A stretch of 63,948 nt of DNA, the filler included, from Octopus bimaculoides (lineage: Eukaryota): NCBI RefSeq assembly GCF_001194135.2. It is 6 parts of 5 records of this genome, joined end to end, with 100 filler letters (N's around TTAATTAATTAA, not from the genome) between each part and the next. Parts side by side here need not be neighbours in the genome. Positions count along the whole stretch, not along the records: positions 47,050 to 62,665 come from NC_069002.1; positions 62,766 to 63,948 come from NC_068985.1; 4 more parts are not named here. One strand, given 5' to 3'. How positions within the stretch are numbered: the stretch's first letter is position 1; the number at the start of each line of letters is the position of its first letter. The translations under genes were made by a program, and so were the position numbers. Below the pieces are notes generated by a model. It had not been told where the DNA came from. It saw nothing but the letters and a program-made list of their open reading frames with translations, and searched no databases. Below are positions 52,031-63,948 of this stretch, one piece after another.

Positions 52031-53749
52031 GATAATGACTCTGCCAGCTCGTAAGCTATTGCCGCTACTGCTGCTGCTGCTACTGCTCCGAATTTTGGTT
52101 CTCAGTCTATACATGACCTACAGTCAAAACTATTCTTATTGTGACTACCCTATACTTTTATGTATTTAACATTCCATTGATTAGTGTGGCCTGTCTTAGT
52201 GTTATGCTGATGTTTCTGTAGCTGCTGTTTCTAGCAATTAAAGCACTCGAATTTCCCAGCTCGGATCGTCACAACAGATGTAGTCGTAACAGGTAATAAA
52301 AGCGACAAAGTGAGAACTCCAGTTTCAATAAATTTTCTTATTCTACCATTCTTCTGGAAACTTGTAAGTAAAAATTCACCATAAATATTCTGAGACCATA
52401 ACTGCAGCTGCTGAAGCCGAGAGACTCTACTTCTTAAAATATTTGAAATGCAGGCTGATAAATCGATTTTTCTCTTCAATTACATTTCGGTGAAACTGAA
52501 CAATGTTTCTATAACATATAAACTGAAAAGGTAAGGTGAGACAGTACAATTTGACATAGATTACGAAACCAATGTCCGTGGGAATTGAGACTAACACCAT
52601 TACGTTTTTGTTGTCGTAATGTTCATAAAACCACTCAGGTAATTTATGGTGAATTATGATAACCACCCATCAAACGATCGAGTACATTTGTGTCCATTAC
52701 AAGTGTCAAATATTGATTTCTTATATAGACACAAACCATGCGTATTTATCTCATGCAACTGCCACAAACATAGATATAAATTATCGACTCCGTACAAAGA
52801 GAGACTACACGTTTCAAACACAGAGGGTTTCACTTCAACACTGCTATTGTACAATACAATAGCATACCTTACAGATGCTCTCTTTCTTCAATTCACTTGT
52901 TTTGTCACGATCGCAACAAACTCTGCTTCTTTGAAATTGCCAACTATTTGTCCAAGCGAAGATTTTGAATAATTTTTATTTTTTCATTTCTTCAGCATCG
53001 TCTAAGATTTCACAGCATTTCTTTATTTACATTTCGCAATGCTAAACATAAACTAGAAAATAACTCTGACGTGTATTTGTATTCCGAATACATTGGCACG
53101 TTTGGAGCGGCATAATAACCCAGAAAAGAAGAACCAGAAGAAAAGAAATTGGCTAGGTTACTCAATCCATTTCGCTTTGCAGCTCTGAAGTTTTATGAGC
53201 AAAGAAAGAATGGCAGAAAGAAGGAAAGAAGAAAAGAAGAAAGGAAGAAAGGAAAGATAGAAAGAAAGGTATTTTATACAACGGAACGCGGGGAAAAACA
53301 AAGTAGAGGTCAATGATTCTCATGTATTCAGCTAGTTTCATATGTGTATATATAAGTGTGTGTGTGCGTGTTTGCGTATGTGTGGGGTGCGCGTATGCGT
53401 GTGTATGTGTGCGCGTGTGTATTAGATTGCAATCACTTTATGTGGCAGTAGACGTACTTCGTCAGAAGTACTACGTGATTGTAAATCTGATACAGCGAGG
53501 CACTGCTCTTTCCAATTGGATATCGATTACTCGAAGGATGCTATCATAATTTACATGATATACACATACGCACGTAAGACCACACCCACGATCGTTCACA
53601 AACACACGTGTATATATATAAATATGCATACCTGTATATGCATTTACACATGCATATACATGCACACATACATACATACATACATACATACATACATACA
53701 TACATACATACGGACGTGTACGTATGTATAATTTTACTGTTCCGTTGAG

Positions 53750-53900
53750 GTAAGAGCAGCAGTAATGAATGCTACGCGAAAACAAAGTGCCGGAAAGGCG
53801 TCGTCGTCTTCCTGGTTGTCGATTTGCTGGTCGCTGGTTAACAAGCAAGGTTGCAGTCGGTCGGTTTTCGTCCCACTCCCACCCCACCCACCGGGTAAAT
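53750..53900 (+). promoter_or_regulatory. Non-repetitive GC/CpG-rich island with splice donor; possible first exon
   Basis: Many CpGs in an otherwise AT-rich window, ATGs at 53765 and 53769 both open to CCGG|GTAAAT at 53894/5. Confidence 0.25.
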
Positions 53901-55072
53901 GATACCTTGATATCGGATATACGGTCTGTACTGTTTTGAAAACAGCAGCAGGTTCTGAGGTATGCTTCTAGTGCCTATGGTGTTTTTTCTCTCCTAATCT
54001 TCCTCTCTAGCGCCTTATGGCATATAACCCCCTAAGTTGACTGTGACTAACACATGTGTAACAACTAGACCTTCAGCCTTATACCACCAATCGTATCGCT
54101 TTCTTCACTGAACTTATAAGGCAACGTCGCTCCAAGATGACTGTATGCTGAATATGTCATTAAGACTTGCATAGCCACACATATTCTGTCCAATGACATC
54201 TCGTTCCTAATCTCTTCAATGTTGATAACTTGTGCTCTATCATAAAGATTATGCTCAGCAAAATGTCAGCTTGTGAACCTGGCCATGACTTCTGTATTAA
54301 ATGACGTCAAGTGTTTCAGAAGCACAAACCAATAGGTTTCTAACGCGACACCTCATTTTACCCTTGGTCTTTTATACCAGTTTCACACATACACACATAC
54401 ACACATACATACATGCATACATACACACGCATATACATACACACACACATACACGCACGTATACATATATATACACATACATCCTATATGCATACTTACA
54501 TGCTCAGCGTCCCACATATCAGGCAGGAGCTTTTTTACACACTAGCTTTCCAAGTGACAGACCTATATTTCATTTCTCATTGCCAGTTCTTCTTCAAGCA
54601 AACAGAAAGAATTTTTCCAGATAGATTCCTTCATTCTTTGTTTTTTTCTTTTGCTTTTATTATTGGCTTGTAGATTTAGCTATTGTTTGTTTAAGGATTC
54701 TTGTTTATTTTTGTAATTTATTTTAATTCTTTATTGCAATCGCCTTTCTCTGTCTTTATATCACAAATGTGTTTTGCTGCAACATCTTTTTTTATTATAT
54801 TTTATGGTTTTATTCATATATTTTATACAAAAGTCGCGACTTTCAAATCATCAAGAATTTCAGGCGCATCATCGGTTCTATTTCTTTGCTATATATTCTC
54901 TCTCACCGCTACTCCAGTCGAAGAAGCAGCCATCATGAAATATTTTTAAATAAAAAGAATACTATTTTGAATAAGTACTTAAAAGAAGACCATTTTTGTC
55001 TGCTCCGAGATTAATGATGCAGACATCCCAAACATCCAGTGTTAGTTGATTGTAAACAAAACCACTCTGAAC

Positions 55073-55113
<41 letters not shown>

Positions 55114-55268
55114 TACACACATACACACACACACATACACAAATACGCACACACACACACAGAGTTACCTTTACGCAATGAAACGTGGAAAATGCAAACA
55201 GTGTTGAGACGTAAGTGAAGCACATCCGATGTCGGCAAAAGCAAATAATATAAATAATAATAATGATG

Positions 55269-55300
<32 letters not shown>

Positions 55301-55301
<1 letters not shown>

Positions 55302-56053
55302 TTATAAAAAATGGAGCTGACCCAAAATGCCGATTTTGTAACGATGCGATTGAAACTATAGACCACCTAATCTCAGGGTGTAGAGTGTTAGCACCTGTAG
55401 AATATAAAGCAAGACATGACAGAGTTGGCCAGTATTTACACTTGACAATATGTCAGCATTATAAAATCAAAAGCTCTGACAGATGGTATAAACACCATCC
55501 TGAAGCTGTGACTGAGGGAGAAAATGTATCGATTCTCTGGGACTTCCCCGTACATACCGACAAGACTATAAAAGCTAATAAACCGGATATTATCATAAAA
55601 GATCAGACAAAGAAGACGTGTTTATTAATTGACATGAGTATTCCCTGTGATCATAATATAGCGGCGAAAGAATTTGACAAGATCAGTAAATATAAAGACT
55701 TGCTAATAGAAATTGAAAAAATGTGGCACCTCAAGGCGACTACCATACCAGTGATTGTAGGATCTCTAGGAATGATAAAAAAAAGGTACTGAAATCTATC
55801 TGAAAATGATACCAGGCTTACCATCTCTACAGGAGGTGCAAAAAATCGTGCTAACTGGAACGATTCATGTACTAAGAAGAGCATTATAGCTGTGAAAACA
55901 ATATCCATTCATGATTTTTTTTTCTTAAATACATGTTTTGCCTATGAATTTGCGTGTGTAAATTGGGAATGCATACAACGTTTCTCTGCCCTAGGTGTAC
56001 GGAAAACACTCGGCGAGAAATGGGAAAAAATTTGAAGAAAGAAGAAAAAAAAC
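55301..56053 (+). mobile_element. 5'-truncated R4/Dong-clade (R2 group) LINE: CCHC knuckle plus restriction-like endonuclease and 3' UTR
   Basis: KCRFCNDAIETIDHLISGC (CCHC), RHDRV, ILWDF..TDKTIKANKPDIII.D..CLLIDMSIP (PD..D), KISKYKDL; one extra A frameshift near 55780, stop at 55887-55889; (AAT)n on both sides. Confidence 0.92.
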
Positions 56054-56085
<32 letters not shown>

Positions 56086-56709
56086 TTCGTCGTCATTGTT
56101 GTTGTTGTTGTTGCTGTTGTTGTTACTGCTCTTGTTGCTTGCCATGTACTAACATCTGTAACAGAGCTCCCGAAAGAATTATTACTTTTTAATACATAAA
56201 AATTTCCTTTCCTGGTTTATTAAGCTTCGAAACTGGTGCATTCACTTCGTTTACTTCGGACTAGAATAAATGAATTATTTATTCTATACATTTTATGTTG
56301 TAAACTTTCGTTTATTTGTATAAGTATTATGTGACCTCTACTTCCGGGGTAACAATACAAGGGGCGACTAACTACAAATCTTGTATCAGTGTACACGCCC
56401 CCAAGGGTAAATATAAATGCAGATTTTTAAGCAACATAAAGAGGTAGCCAAAAATAATAAACATTAAATAATAAAAGACAGTAAAAATATAGATTTTTCA
56501 GACACGAAAATTAAAAACAAAATTGCTTATTGTGCTAATAGCAATGACAGTAGTTTTGCCAATGTAACTAGCCAAAATGATTTGGGTGATATGGAATGAT
56601 TGCCGGAAAAGAAAGGAAGACGAGGGGATATGGTACAGAGAACTATTTGATCTTGAATGCAATAAGAAATTTATAAGAAGAATGACACCGATCTGTCTTA
56701 ATATTCATG

Positions 56710-56800
56710 AATGGTAAGTAGCTTGCTTACCAACCACATGGTCCCGGGTTCAGTCCCACTGCGTGGCACCTTGGGCAAGTGTCTTCTACTATAGCCTCGT
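56710..56800 (+). mobile_element. SINE family A head
   Basis: tggtaagtagcttgcttaccaaccacatggtcccgggttcagtcccactgcgtggcaccttgggcaagtgtcttctactatagcctcg. Confidence 0.9.
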
Positions 56801-57131
56801 AGATTGCTGGTAGTGGTGGTGGTGGTGATTCTTTTTTTAAGGTTTAGATAGTTCTAAGACCTTGGATAATCTTAATCCAGCAGTGATATTATCATGAACA
56901 TTTGCATCAAGATTATCTCATCATTTTGGTGTTGCGAAAAGTTACATCAACTAATGTGTTTTATTTAAGACAGTTCAGTTTCATTTGTGGGACATTTGGT
57001 TGGTATTTCTAGTGAAATATTTAGTAGTTTCAGTTACACTGGAATATTACAAAGTGAATGATATCCAATCAAACGAATCGAAGATTAACAGATTAAACCA
57101 TTTCCACGTATGGAATGATAACAGCATAATG

Positions 57132-57214
<83 letters not shown>

Positions 57215-57344
57215 ATATGTATGTATGCATGTATTTACATATATGTATATGTATATATTTTTATTGCTATATTTGGGGCTGGCCATCTTTTTGCCTGCTA
57301 AACACAACACAAGCACTATACATTTGGTTTTCACTTCAGCTTTA

Positions 57345-57384
<40 letters not shown>

Positions 57385-57409
57385 CATTATTATTATTATT
57401 ATTATTATT

Positions 57410-57453
<44 letters not shown>

Positions 57454-57478
57454 TANNNNNNNNNNTCATTATTATTAT

Positions 57479-58030
57479 TGAGTGAGAGAGCAGCGCATAC
57501 CATCAATTTGACACTGAGGTAAATTATACAAAACCCAGCATAACCATCATGACTACCCGTCTGATAAGAGTACACCAGGCACATGCATCATGACCATATG
57601 TGCGCGACACAGTGATCTCATATCAAAATAAACAGTGCATGACCTTGCAGGTGGGGGGGTCCTGTCAGAATTTTTTTTTCACGTCCAGGAGCCCATACCG
57701 CTCAAAAGGTCCCTGAATTAGGCTTGTTTAAGGATGTTAAATGAATCACCCATGTTTCCAGAGGTGAATTACCCAAACCTCAAAGAATTTCTTTCAAGGC
57801 ATGGCTATGATGCTCTTCCACTACTTCTGCTCGTGATCAGAAATGCACATATTGTCAGCCACTAAGGGACATACCCAACTGGTTATGGTCAAACAACTGA
57901 CAAGCAAATCTGTAGTATTGAGTAGAATATTTGCTGTGGCCCATCTTTTGTACCAAGAGAAAACAATGTACATGATAACACTTCCTGTCAGTTAAGATCA
58001 GAAGCCATGAGAGCCACTGCCTGGGACTGC
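57479..58030. mobile_element. Unclassified ~550-bp non-coding element embedded in (ATT)n
   Basis: Complex non-coding block with (ATT)n abutting both ends; no tRNA head or TIR seen; recalled as an abundant octopus repeat. Confidence 0.6.
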
Positions 58031-58271
58031 AATTATTATTATTATTTGTGTCTGGTTCAGGTTCGGTCCTATTCCAGGTAGGATCTATGTGGTCAGCGGA
58101 TTACTGCCCACATATTAAAAGAATGAAGCTGAAATGAAGAGCAAGTATACAGTGCGTGTGTTTAGCTGGCAAAAAATATGACCATCCCAAACATAACAAT
58201 ATCTGTTTCGACACGTGATTTCACATCAGGAACTTTGCAAAACAAATACATAAACGTTTATATATATATAT

Positions 58272-58321
<50 letters not shown>

Positions 58322-59672
58322 ATGAATGTATGTATGTATGTATAACTATTCCATTAAGGTTAGAGCGAAAAAAAATCCTCTATTCATTGAGAGGTAAATA
58401 TCGCTTAATGTACACAGTATATATGCAAGATTGCATATAAAGTTTAGATAGAACGAAGTACGTATGCACAGGCATTCACACATGACACAAATAAAAAGGC
58501 CAACAGGGGTTAAGCAATCTTTGATCTAATTAGAAGCCATGGCCTATCAAGTAATCTAATGCAATCCCTTCAGCTGTGTATGTCTGCGATAATGATGAGC
58601 TGCAGTGTTTCAATTTTTTAATCACAGTTCACAATGATTGACCAAAAGAAATAAGTAAAATTTAAATTTAGCCGGTTTATATCTAGTTTTTGTAATAGAA
58701 TATCTGTCTATTTGTAGGTCAAAGAAATTAATCACAGAAGTATAAATAGATTTGGGTTTCTTCAGAAACGAAACAGAAATAAAACAAAACAAAAAAAATC
58801 AATGAAAATGAAAACGAAGTCCGAGATTAAGAGTTCGTGATAAGAACAACGACGACACCTGAATAATTTCTTTTTCTTTTCGTCCCAACATCGCCCTAAA
58901 CAAAAGCAACACTTAGAAACTACAACATTGTAGAAAGATAAATCTTAGATTAGGATTGTCACATTTGCATTGAGGTTGTTAGCTAAATAAATTAACGAGT
59001 TGACTTCAGCAAGTCAAATATGATTAATTAAGCCTCATTAAGGAAATAAAGTACATTTCTGTCGAAATATTAGACTGCCAGATCGTAATACGCTTTTCTA
59101 AATTTGATAAATGGAGAATATCTATCAACTCAACTAAGAATATATCTACAACATATTATGATAACTAGAGATTATTTATTAGGAAAGATGAGGAAAGGGC
59201 GAAATAATGTCACATAAATAACGAAAAATACGAGATTAGATGATTATGAGATATTTCCACTGATAAACCAACTGAAGGAAGTACATTTAGCATTTGAACG
59301 AAAGCCAAATAATCTTGGCGGCACAATTTAAAACTGTGACATCAACGCTCTGACACACGCTCGGTGGACTGAGAAAATATCAATATCTTAAAAGTGGGGC
59401 AGAAAATGATGTCGATAAAAGAACATTAGAACAAATGGAGCAGCAAGCAAGAATATTCATGAAGCAAGGAAAATGCCATGTAAAATTTGAGGTCAATATC
59501 TGTAAAGAATGAAGGAAACCATTTGAAATGTGCAGTGGATAAATTGAGATCACATTGTAATAAATCAAATATATTATCGTAAAGGTGGCTTATTTCCAGT
59601 AATTAATGCCGATCGTATTTCCAGGACCTGGAAAGCTTCATACTCATACATACACAAAGTTACACAGACACT

Positions 59673-59766
<94 letters not shown>

Positions 59767-60179
59767 AACAAACACACACACACAAACACACGCGCGCACA
59801 CGCACACACGCACACACACACACACATATATAAAAAATGCGTGTTTGTGTGTATGCGCGTGTATATTTGTGTGTGCATGGTATATTTATGCAAGTATGCG
59901 TGAGTGTGTGTGTACATGTAATATCTGTACATTCTTATATGTGTGCTTGTGTATTTGTCTGTATGTTTAGACGCACTAAACAAGTTGAAACGCGTACAAA
60001 TCCAACATAAGGACACATAAGTAGTTCAAACGGGGAGACGAAGAAGCACAAACACAAACACACATACACACACACACACGCACACATATATACATGCATA
60101 CATACATACACACACACAAACAAAGAAGAATCAAATAAAATATGTGGTCATTAAGTGTCGAAAATAATACACCAATATA

Positions 60180-61161
60180 CGTGGTCTCATCAATAAATAT
60201 CCGGATTGTTGCCATAGTAACAAAGCTGAATCATGCAGAGTGAAACTGCTTGCCACAGATTGACCTTGAACTATGTTGTGCATGCGCACTAAGCTTTAAT
60301 GTTCTAGCTTACTTTGGCTGTTTACAGCAGTGCATGGAAGGAACGTTTGTAGGGTGTGATCGTCGCATTGACCCTGACAGAGAAAGTTAAACAAAGAATC
60401 TGCATCAAATTTTTCCAAAAGGTTGGCGATACCTGCTCAGAGGCCTACGCAAAGTTCTCAAAAAGTTTTCATCGTTCTCGACACAATCAAGATCTTGTGC
60501 GACTGAAACCCGAGTGTCTTTTTGGTCAGGTGAAAGCAGTTTTGGCACAAACTTGGCAGACATGCGTTTCATACCCAAATCTTCAGTGATAATGGACTGA
60601 ACTGAACCGTGACTAACCTGCACATCTTCCGATAACTCACGGATGGTGATTCGACGATTTCCCCTCATAGCTGCACGCACATCTGCGATATTTTTCTCAG
60701 TTCTGATGGTTGTGGATCTCCCAGTACATTCGTCAATATCGACATTTTTTCGACCATCTTGGAAACGTCTGACCCAGTCGTACACTTGTGTGCGCTTCAT
60801 ACACTCCTTTCCATACACTTTCTGCACCTTTGTACAGACCTCTGAGCAGGTATTGGCATGACAATCTTGTCTGTCATGGTCAAACGCTTAGCAGTATATC
60901 GTCCACCTTTCGTCCTTTCGGGGTCGATTAAATTAGTACCAGTTACGCACTGGGTTCGATATAATCGACTTAATCCGTTTCTCTGTCCTTGTTTGTCCCC
61001 TGTGTGTGTAGCCCCTTGTGGGCAGTAAAGAAATAAGAACGTCAAAACATTCTGCACATACACAGCGGAGCTCAAGGTCATTCTCAGCCCAGCGACATCA
61101 ATTTGTGTGCTTTAGATTCGTTACTATGGCAACAATCCGGAAACTTACTGATCAGACAGCG
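60180..61161. mobile_element. mariner element with internal inversion, SINE insertion and loss of the catalytic domain
   Basis: ~42-bp TIRs (cgtggtctcatcaataaatatccggattgttgccatagtaac / gttactatggcaacaatccggaaacttactgatcagacagcg), TA flanks; N-terminus KQRICIKFFQKVGDTCSE on +, HTH region VYGKECMKRTQVYDWVRRF..RRITIREL..SAKFVPKLL..ENDENF on -. Confidence 0.9.
60858..61037 (+). mobile_element. SINE family B (internally deleted) nested in mariner
   Basis: cctttcggggtcgattaaattagtaccagttacgcactggg..gccccttgtgggcagtaaagaaataag. Confidence 0.85.
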
Positions 61162-61393
61162 TAAGCCATGGACTGTTAAATACTTTACACTATTGTTGTT
61201 GTTGTTTTATGTATCTTAGTGTCAACGGTAAACTGATTTGTTTGCTTTTAAAAGCATTGTTTACGATATTTGATCAAATAAAAAAGTAAACTTTCAGTTT
61301 AGCCATCTGGTATCTCCTTTATTTCTAGTTTTGTTTTCGATAATTTGAGTTTAATGTATCTACGCGTTCACATAACGAATATATATACACAAT

Positions 61394-61775
61394 AGGTGCA
61401 GGAGTGGCTGTGTGGTAAGTAGTTTGCTTACAAACCACATGGCTCCGGGTTCATTCCCACTGCGTGGCACCTTGGGCAAGTGTCTTCTACTATAGCCTCG
61501 GGCCGACCAAAGCCTTGTGAGTGGATTTGGTAGACGGAAACTGAAAGAAGCCCCTCGTATATATGTATATATAGGTATGTGTGTCTGTGTTTGTCCCCCA
61601 ACATCGCTTGACAACCGATGCTGGTGTGTTTACGTCCCCGACACTTAGCGGTTCGGCAAAAGAAATCGATAGAATAAGTACTAGGCATCCAAAGAATAAG
61701 TCCTAGGGTCGATTTGCTCGACTAATGGCGGTGTTCCAGCATGGCCGCAGTCAAATGACTGAAACAAGTAAAAGG
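61394..61775 (+). mobile_element. SINE family A, full length (reference copy)
   Basis: A-box-like tggctgtgtggt, B-box-like gggttcattcc, CORE-like ggcaccttgggcaagtgtctt, tail ending gaaacaagtaaaag. Confidence 0.92.
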
Positions 61776-62209
61776 GTACACATTATATGTGCGTGTTTGA
61801 GATACATACATACAAACAGACAGACAGGCATACATTGCTACCAAGTAGGTTTCCGGTCTAAATTTACTCCTAAATAAAAAGAGAACAAACACACACGTGT
61901 GTGTGTGGATGTGTGTGTGTGTGTGGATGTGTGTGTGTATTTGAACAGGACTAAGACATTTTATAAAGATCAGTTTAATCAAAACGAAATATAGACACGT
62001 CTACTTTAAATACCCAAATCAAAAGATAAGCCCAGACATTTCTCGTATTGGATTCTCATATGGGAACAAGTGTTCAAATCTTAATATGGGCAGACAGCAT
62101 AAATTTCTAATACGGATACAAGGTTACAAATTTCTAAAATAAGAGATAATATTTGAATATGGCTAAAGCATAAAACTTTCAAATAAATACACGTTTTACA
62201 AAAAAGATA

Positions 62210-62570
62210 AAATGCTTCTGCGAGCGGCTGGAATGGGGTTCCTCTGAAGTACCTCTGGAGAAACATTACCAGACAGGGGGCGTTACTAGAGGATCAGACA
62301 GTCTCTCCAGATCGACCAACTACTTTTCAGAATTGAAAAGTCACAGCTCCGGTATTACGAACATATGGTTACAATGGCATAGAAAAGAACCGCAATACGG
62401 ATTCTTGAAGCCAAGTTAACTGGTAGGAGACCTAGGGGTAGACCAGTAACAAAATGGCTGGATAATCTCCATAGGCTCAGTTAGTCACGATTAGGGATCC
62501 AACCGGAAAGTGTAATGAAAGTTGGCTTTGAATGCACCTTACGGAGGAGGTGTCCTACCCCTTAGGAATA
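62210..62570 (+). pseudogene. RTE-clade LINE C-terminal fragment
   Basis: LLFRIEKSQLRYYEHMVTMA*KRTAIRILEAKLTGRRPRGRPVTKWLDNL..RLGIQPE (RTE RPRGRP..W motif). Confidence 0.8.
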
Positions 62571-62917
62571 GAACACGTAGTAGACTAATGGACAGATAAA
62601 TATATGTACATGTATGGATGTGTAGGTATATATATGCATATATGTATATATATACATATATATATNNNNNNNNNNNNNNNNNNNNNNNNNNNNNNNNNNN
62701 NNNNNNNNNTTAATTAATTAANNNNNNNNNNNNNNNNNNNNNNNNNNNNNNNNNNNNNNNNNNNNTATATATATAGCAATAATAAAATGGAGGGGAATAT
62801 GTGGTACTCATCAACTTGCAGACATTGAATTATGTCAATTTACTCGTTTATTTGTTTAATAAAAGGACAATAATAACAATATACAAACACATGTGACATA
62901 TTATGTCATATCAGTAA

Positions 62918-63110
62918 TTAAAAAAATGATATATAGTGACAGAGAATGGGATAATGTCTTACAGCTGTCTTATCGTGATGATGGATCCTCCAACGAATTC
63001 TATGAATAAATTCGTTTACTCGGAAGATTAATTCCTTAATGTATGTGTCTTTAGGTATGATAGGTATGTCCTTCAGTGATGAGTCCAGCTTTATCAACTC
63101 CACTTTACCA
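62918..63110 (-). pseudogene. Probable Penelope-like ORF N-terminal fragment
   Basis: SLKDIPIIPKDTYIKELIFRVNEFIHRIRW resembles the SLKNIP..Y.K.LI.KVE.FI.RMRW leader I associate with invertebrate PLE ORFs. Confidence 0.55.
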
Positions 63111-63254
63111 GCAGTATTTATTTTGAGGGTCTATTATATTATACCTAAATGTACACACTCTCATAAGCCATGTTATACACAATGCAAAGATATTTTATAC
63201 ACAGATAAGTAATAATGATAAATAGTCCTCATCCAATTATAAATCCAATAAATT

Positions 63255-63410
63255 TAGGGGTTGTGAATCCAAATCACTAAGGGATAATATCTATCCAATA
63301 TACTGTTGGAAGAATATCCAATTATTATTACACTCGTGTTTTTTTATTGCATGGCAATTACATTACCAAGTGCAATAAATTGGTGCGGGTAAAAAGATAT
63401 TTTACCATTA
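63255..63410 (+). repeat. Unclassified interspersed repeat (copy of 14890-15034)
   Basis: Shared motifs listed for 14890-15034. Confidence 0.7.
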
Positions 63411-63425
63411 ATTTATATATATATA

Positions 63426-63948
63426 CTAGCAGAAATACCCGGCGTTGCCCGGGTTAAAGAGAATAATGAAATCTAAAAACGCCGTCTAGACTACGCAACC
63501 CTCAACTGTTAGTAGCTACGATACCATATTTCTACATTAATAACTCTCCAATCCATGCCAGCATGGAACATAGACATTAAGTGGAATGCTAGAAGAAAGT
63601 TTTCAACTCATATGTATATAAAGTAGATACACGTAATTCAGAAACACGTTTTCTGTATTTTATTTCGTAACCAAACAAACAGGTACAGATTATAAATAAT
63701 GAAAGGCCAATTTTTGGTGATTCATTTGACAGAGGTAGTATAGAGACAATGCGATGGTAAATCTGAGGTTGGATCTTGAAAGTTTGGATGAATGCTGCCT
63801 CAGTTAAATCTCTTGTGGTTCCAAATGATGTCATCTGTAGTACAGCGTCGTATTGTCTAATTTTGTTTTGCAAATGTTAGGAATCTTAGTCAGTTGATGA
63901 TAACAGTTTCTTCAATAGCTCTGGAGGTTGGGGATTGTGGAATTGTTG
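63426..63948 (-). mobile_element. Helitron deletion derivative: Rep N-terminal fragment and canonical 3' end (continues beyond window)
   Basis: Minus peptide QPPELLKKLL..KIRQYDAVLQMTSFG..TFKIQPQIYHRIVSILP (Helitron Rep N-region); 3' hairpin ACCCGG-gcaacg-CCGGGT then CTAG|T at 63426. Confidence 0.88.

Noticed and set aside
52270-52310. VVVTGNKSD resembling the small-GTPase NKxD motif
   Set aside because: No P-loop, switch or SAK motifs nearby in any frame; short match expected by chance.
61394-61470. tRNA-like A/B boxes at SINE heads
   Set aside because: No complete cloverleaf; continuous with SINE bodies, so not called as tRNA genes.

Overview
AT-rich, microsatellite-saturated, gap-ridden eukaryotic DNA. 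It looks like a draft Octopus (coleoid cephalopod) assembly; that call rests on my recognition of the tRNA-derived SINE families and the repeat density, not on a search. I cannot confidently call any host protein-coding gene, rRNA, tRNA or CRISPR array. Most listed ORFs are artefacts of simple repeats or N-gaps. The window is a transposon graveyard: two hAT transposase relics, a hAT MITE, three Tc1/mariner derivatives, a Tc1-type MITE, a Helitron 3' end with a Rep fragment, R4/Dong, RTE and CR1-like LINE fragments, two Penelope-like (PLE) coding fragments and about 25 SINE copies from at least three families. The most interesting signal is three sequence-unrelated small elements (9.5-9.8 kb, 19.2 kb, 35.3-35.5 kb) that each carry a minimal type-I hammerhead ribozyme motif with a palindromic stem III, the dimer-cleaving architecture known from PLEs. 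Two of them are fold-backs with a ribozyme copy on each strand, and two carry non-canonical cores (A6U, U4C). Secondary signals: minisatellites apparently born from SINE target sites, (AAT)n-targeted insertions, an internally inverted mariner, and a few weak exon candidates.
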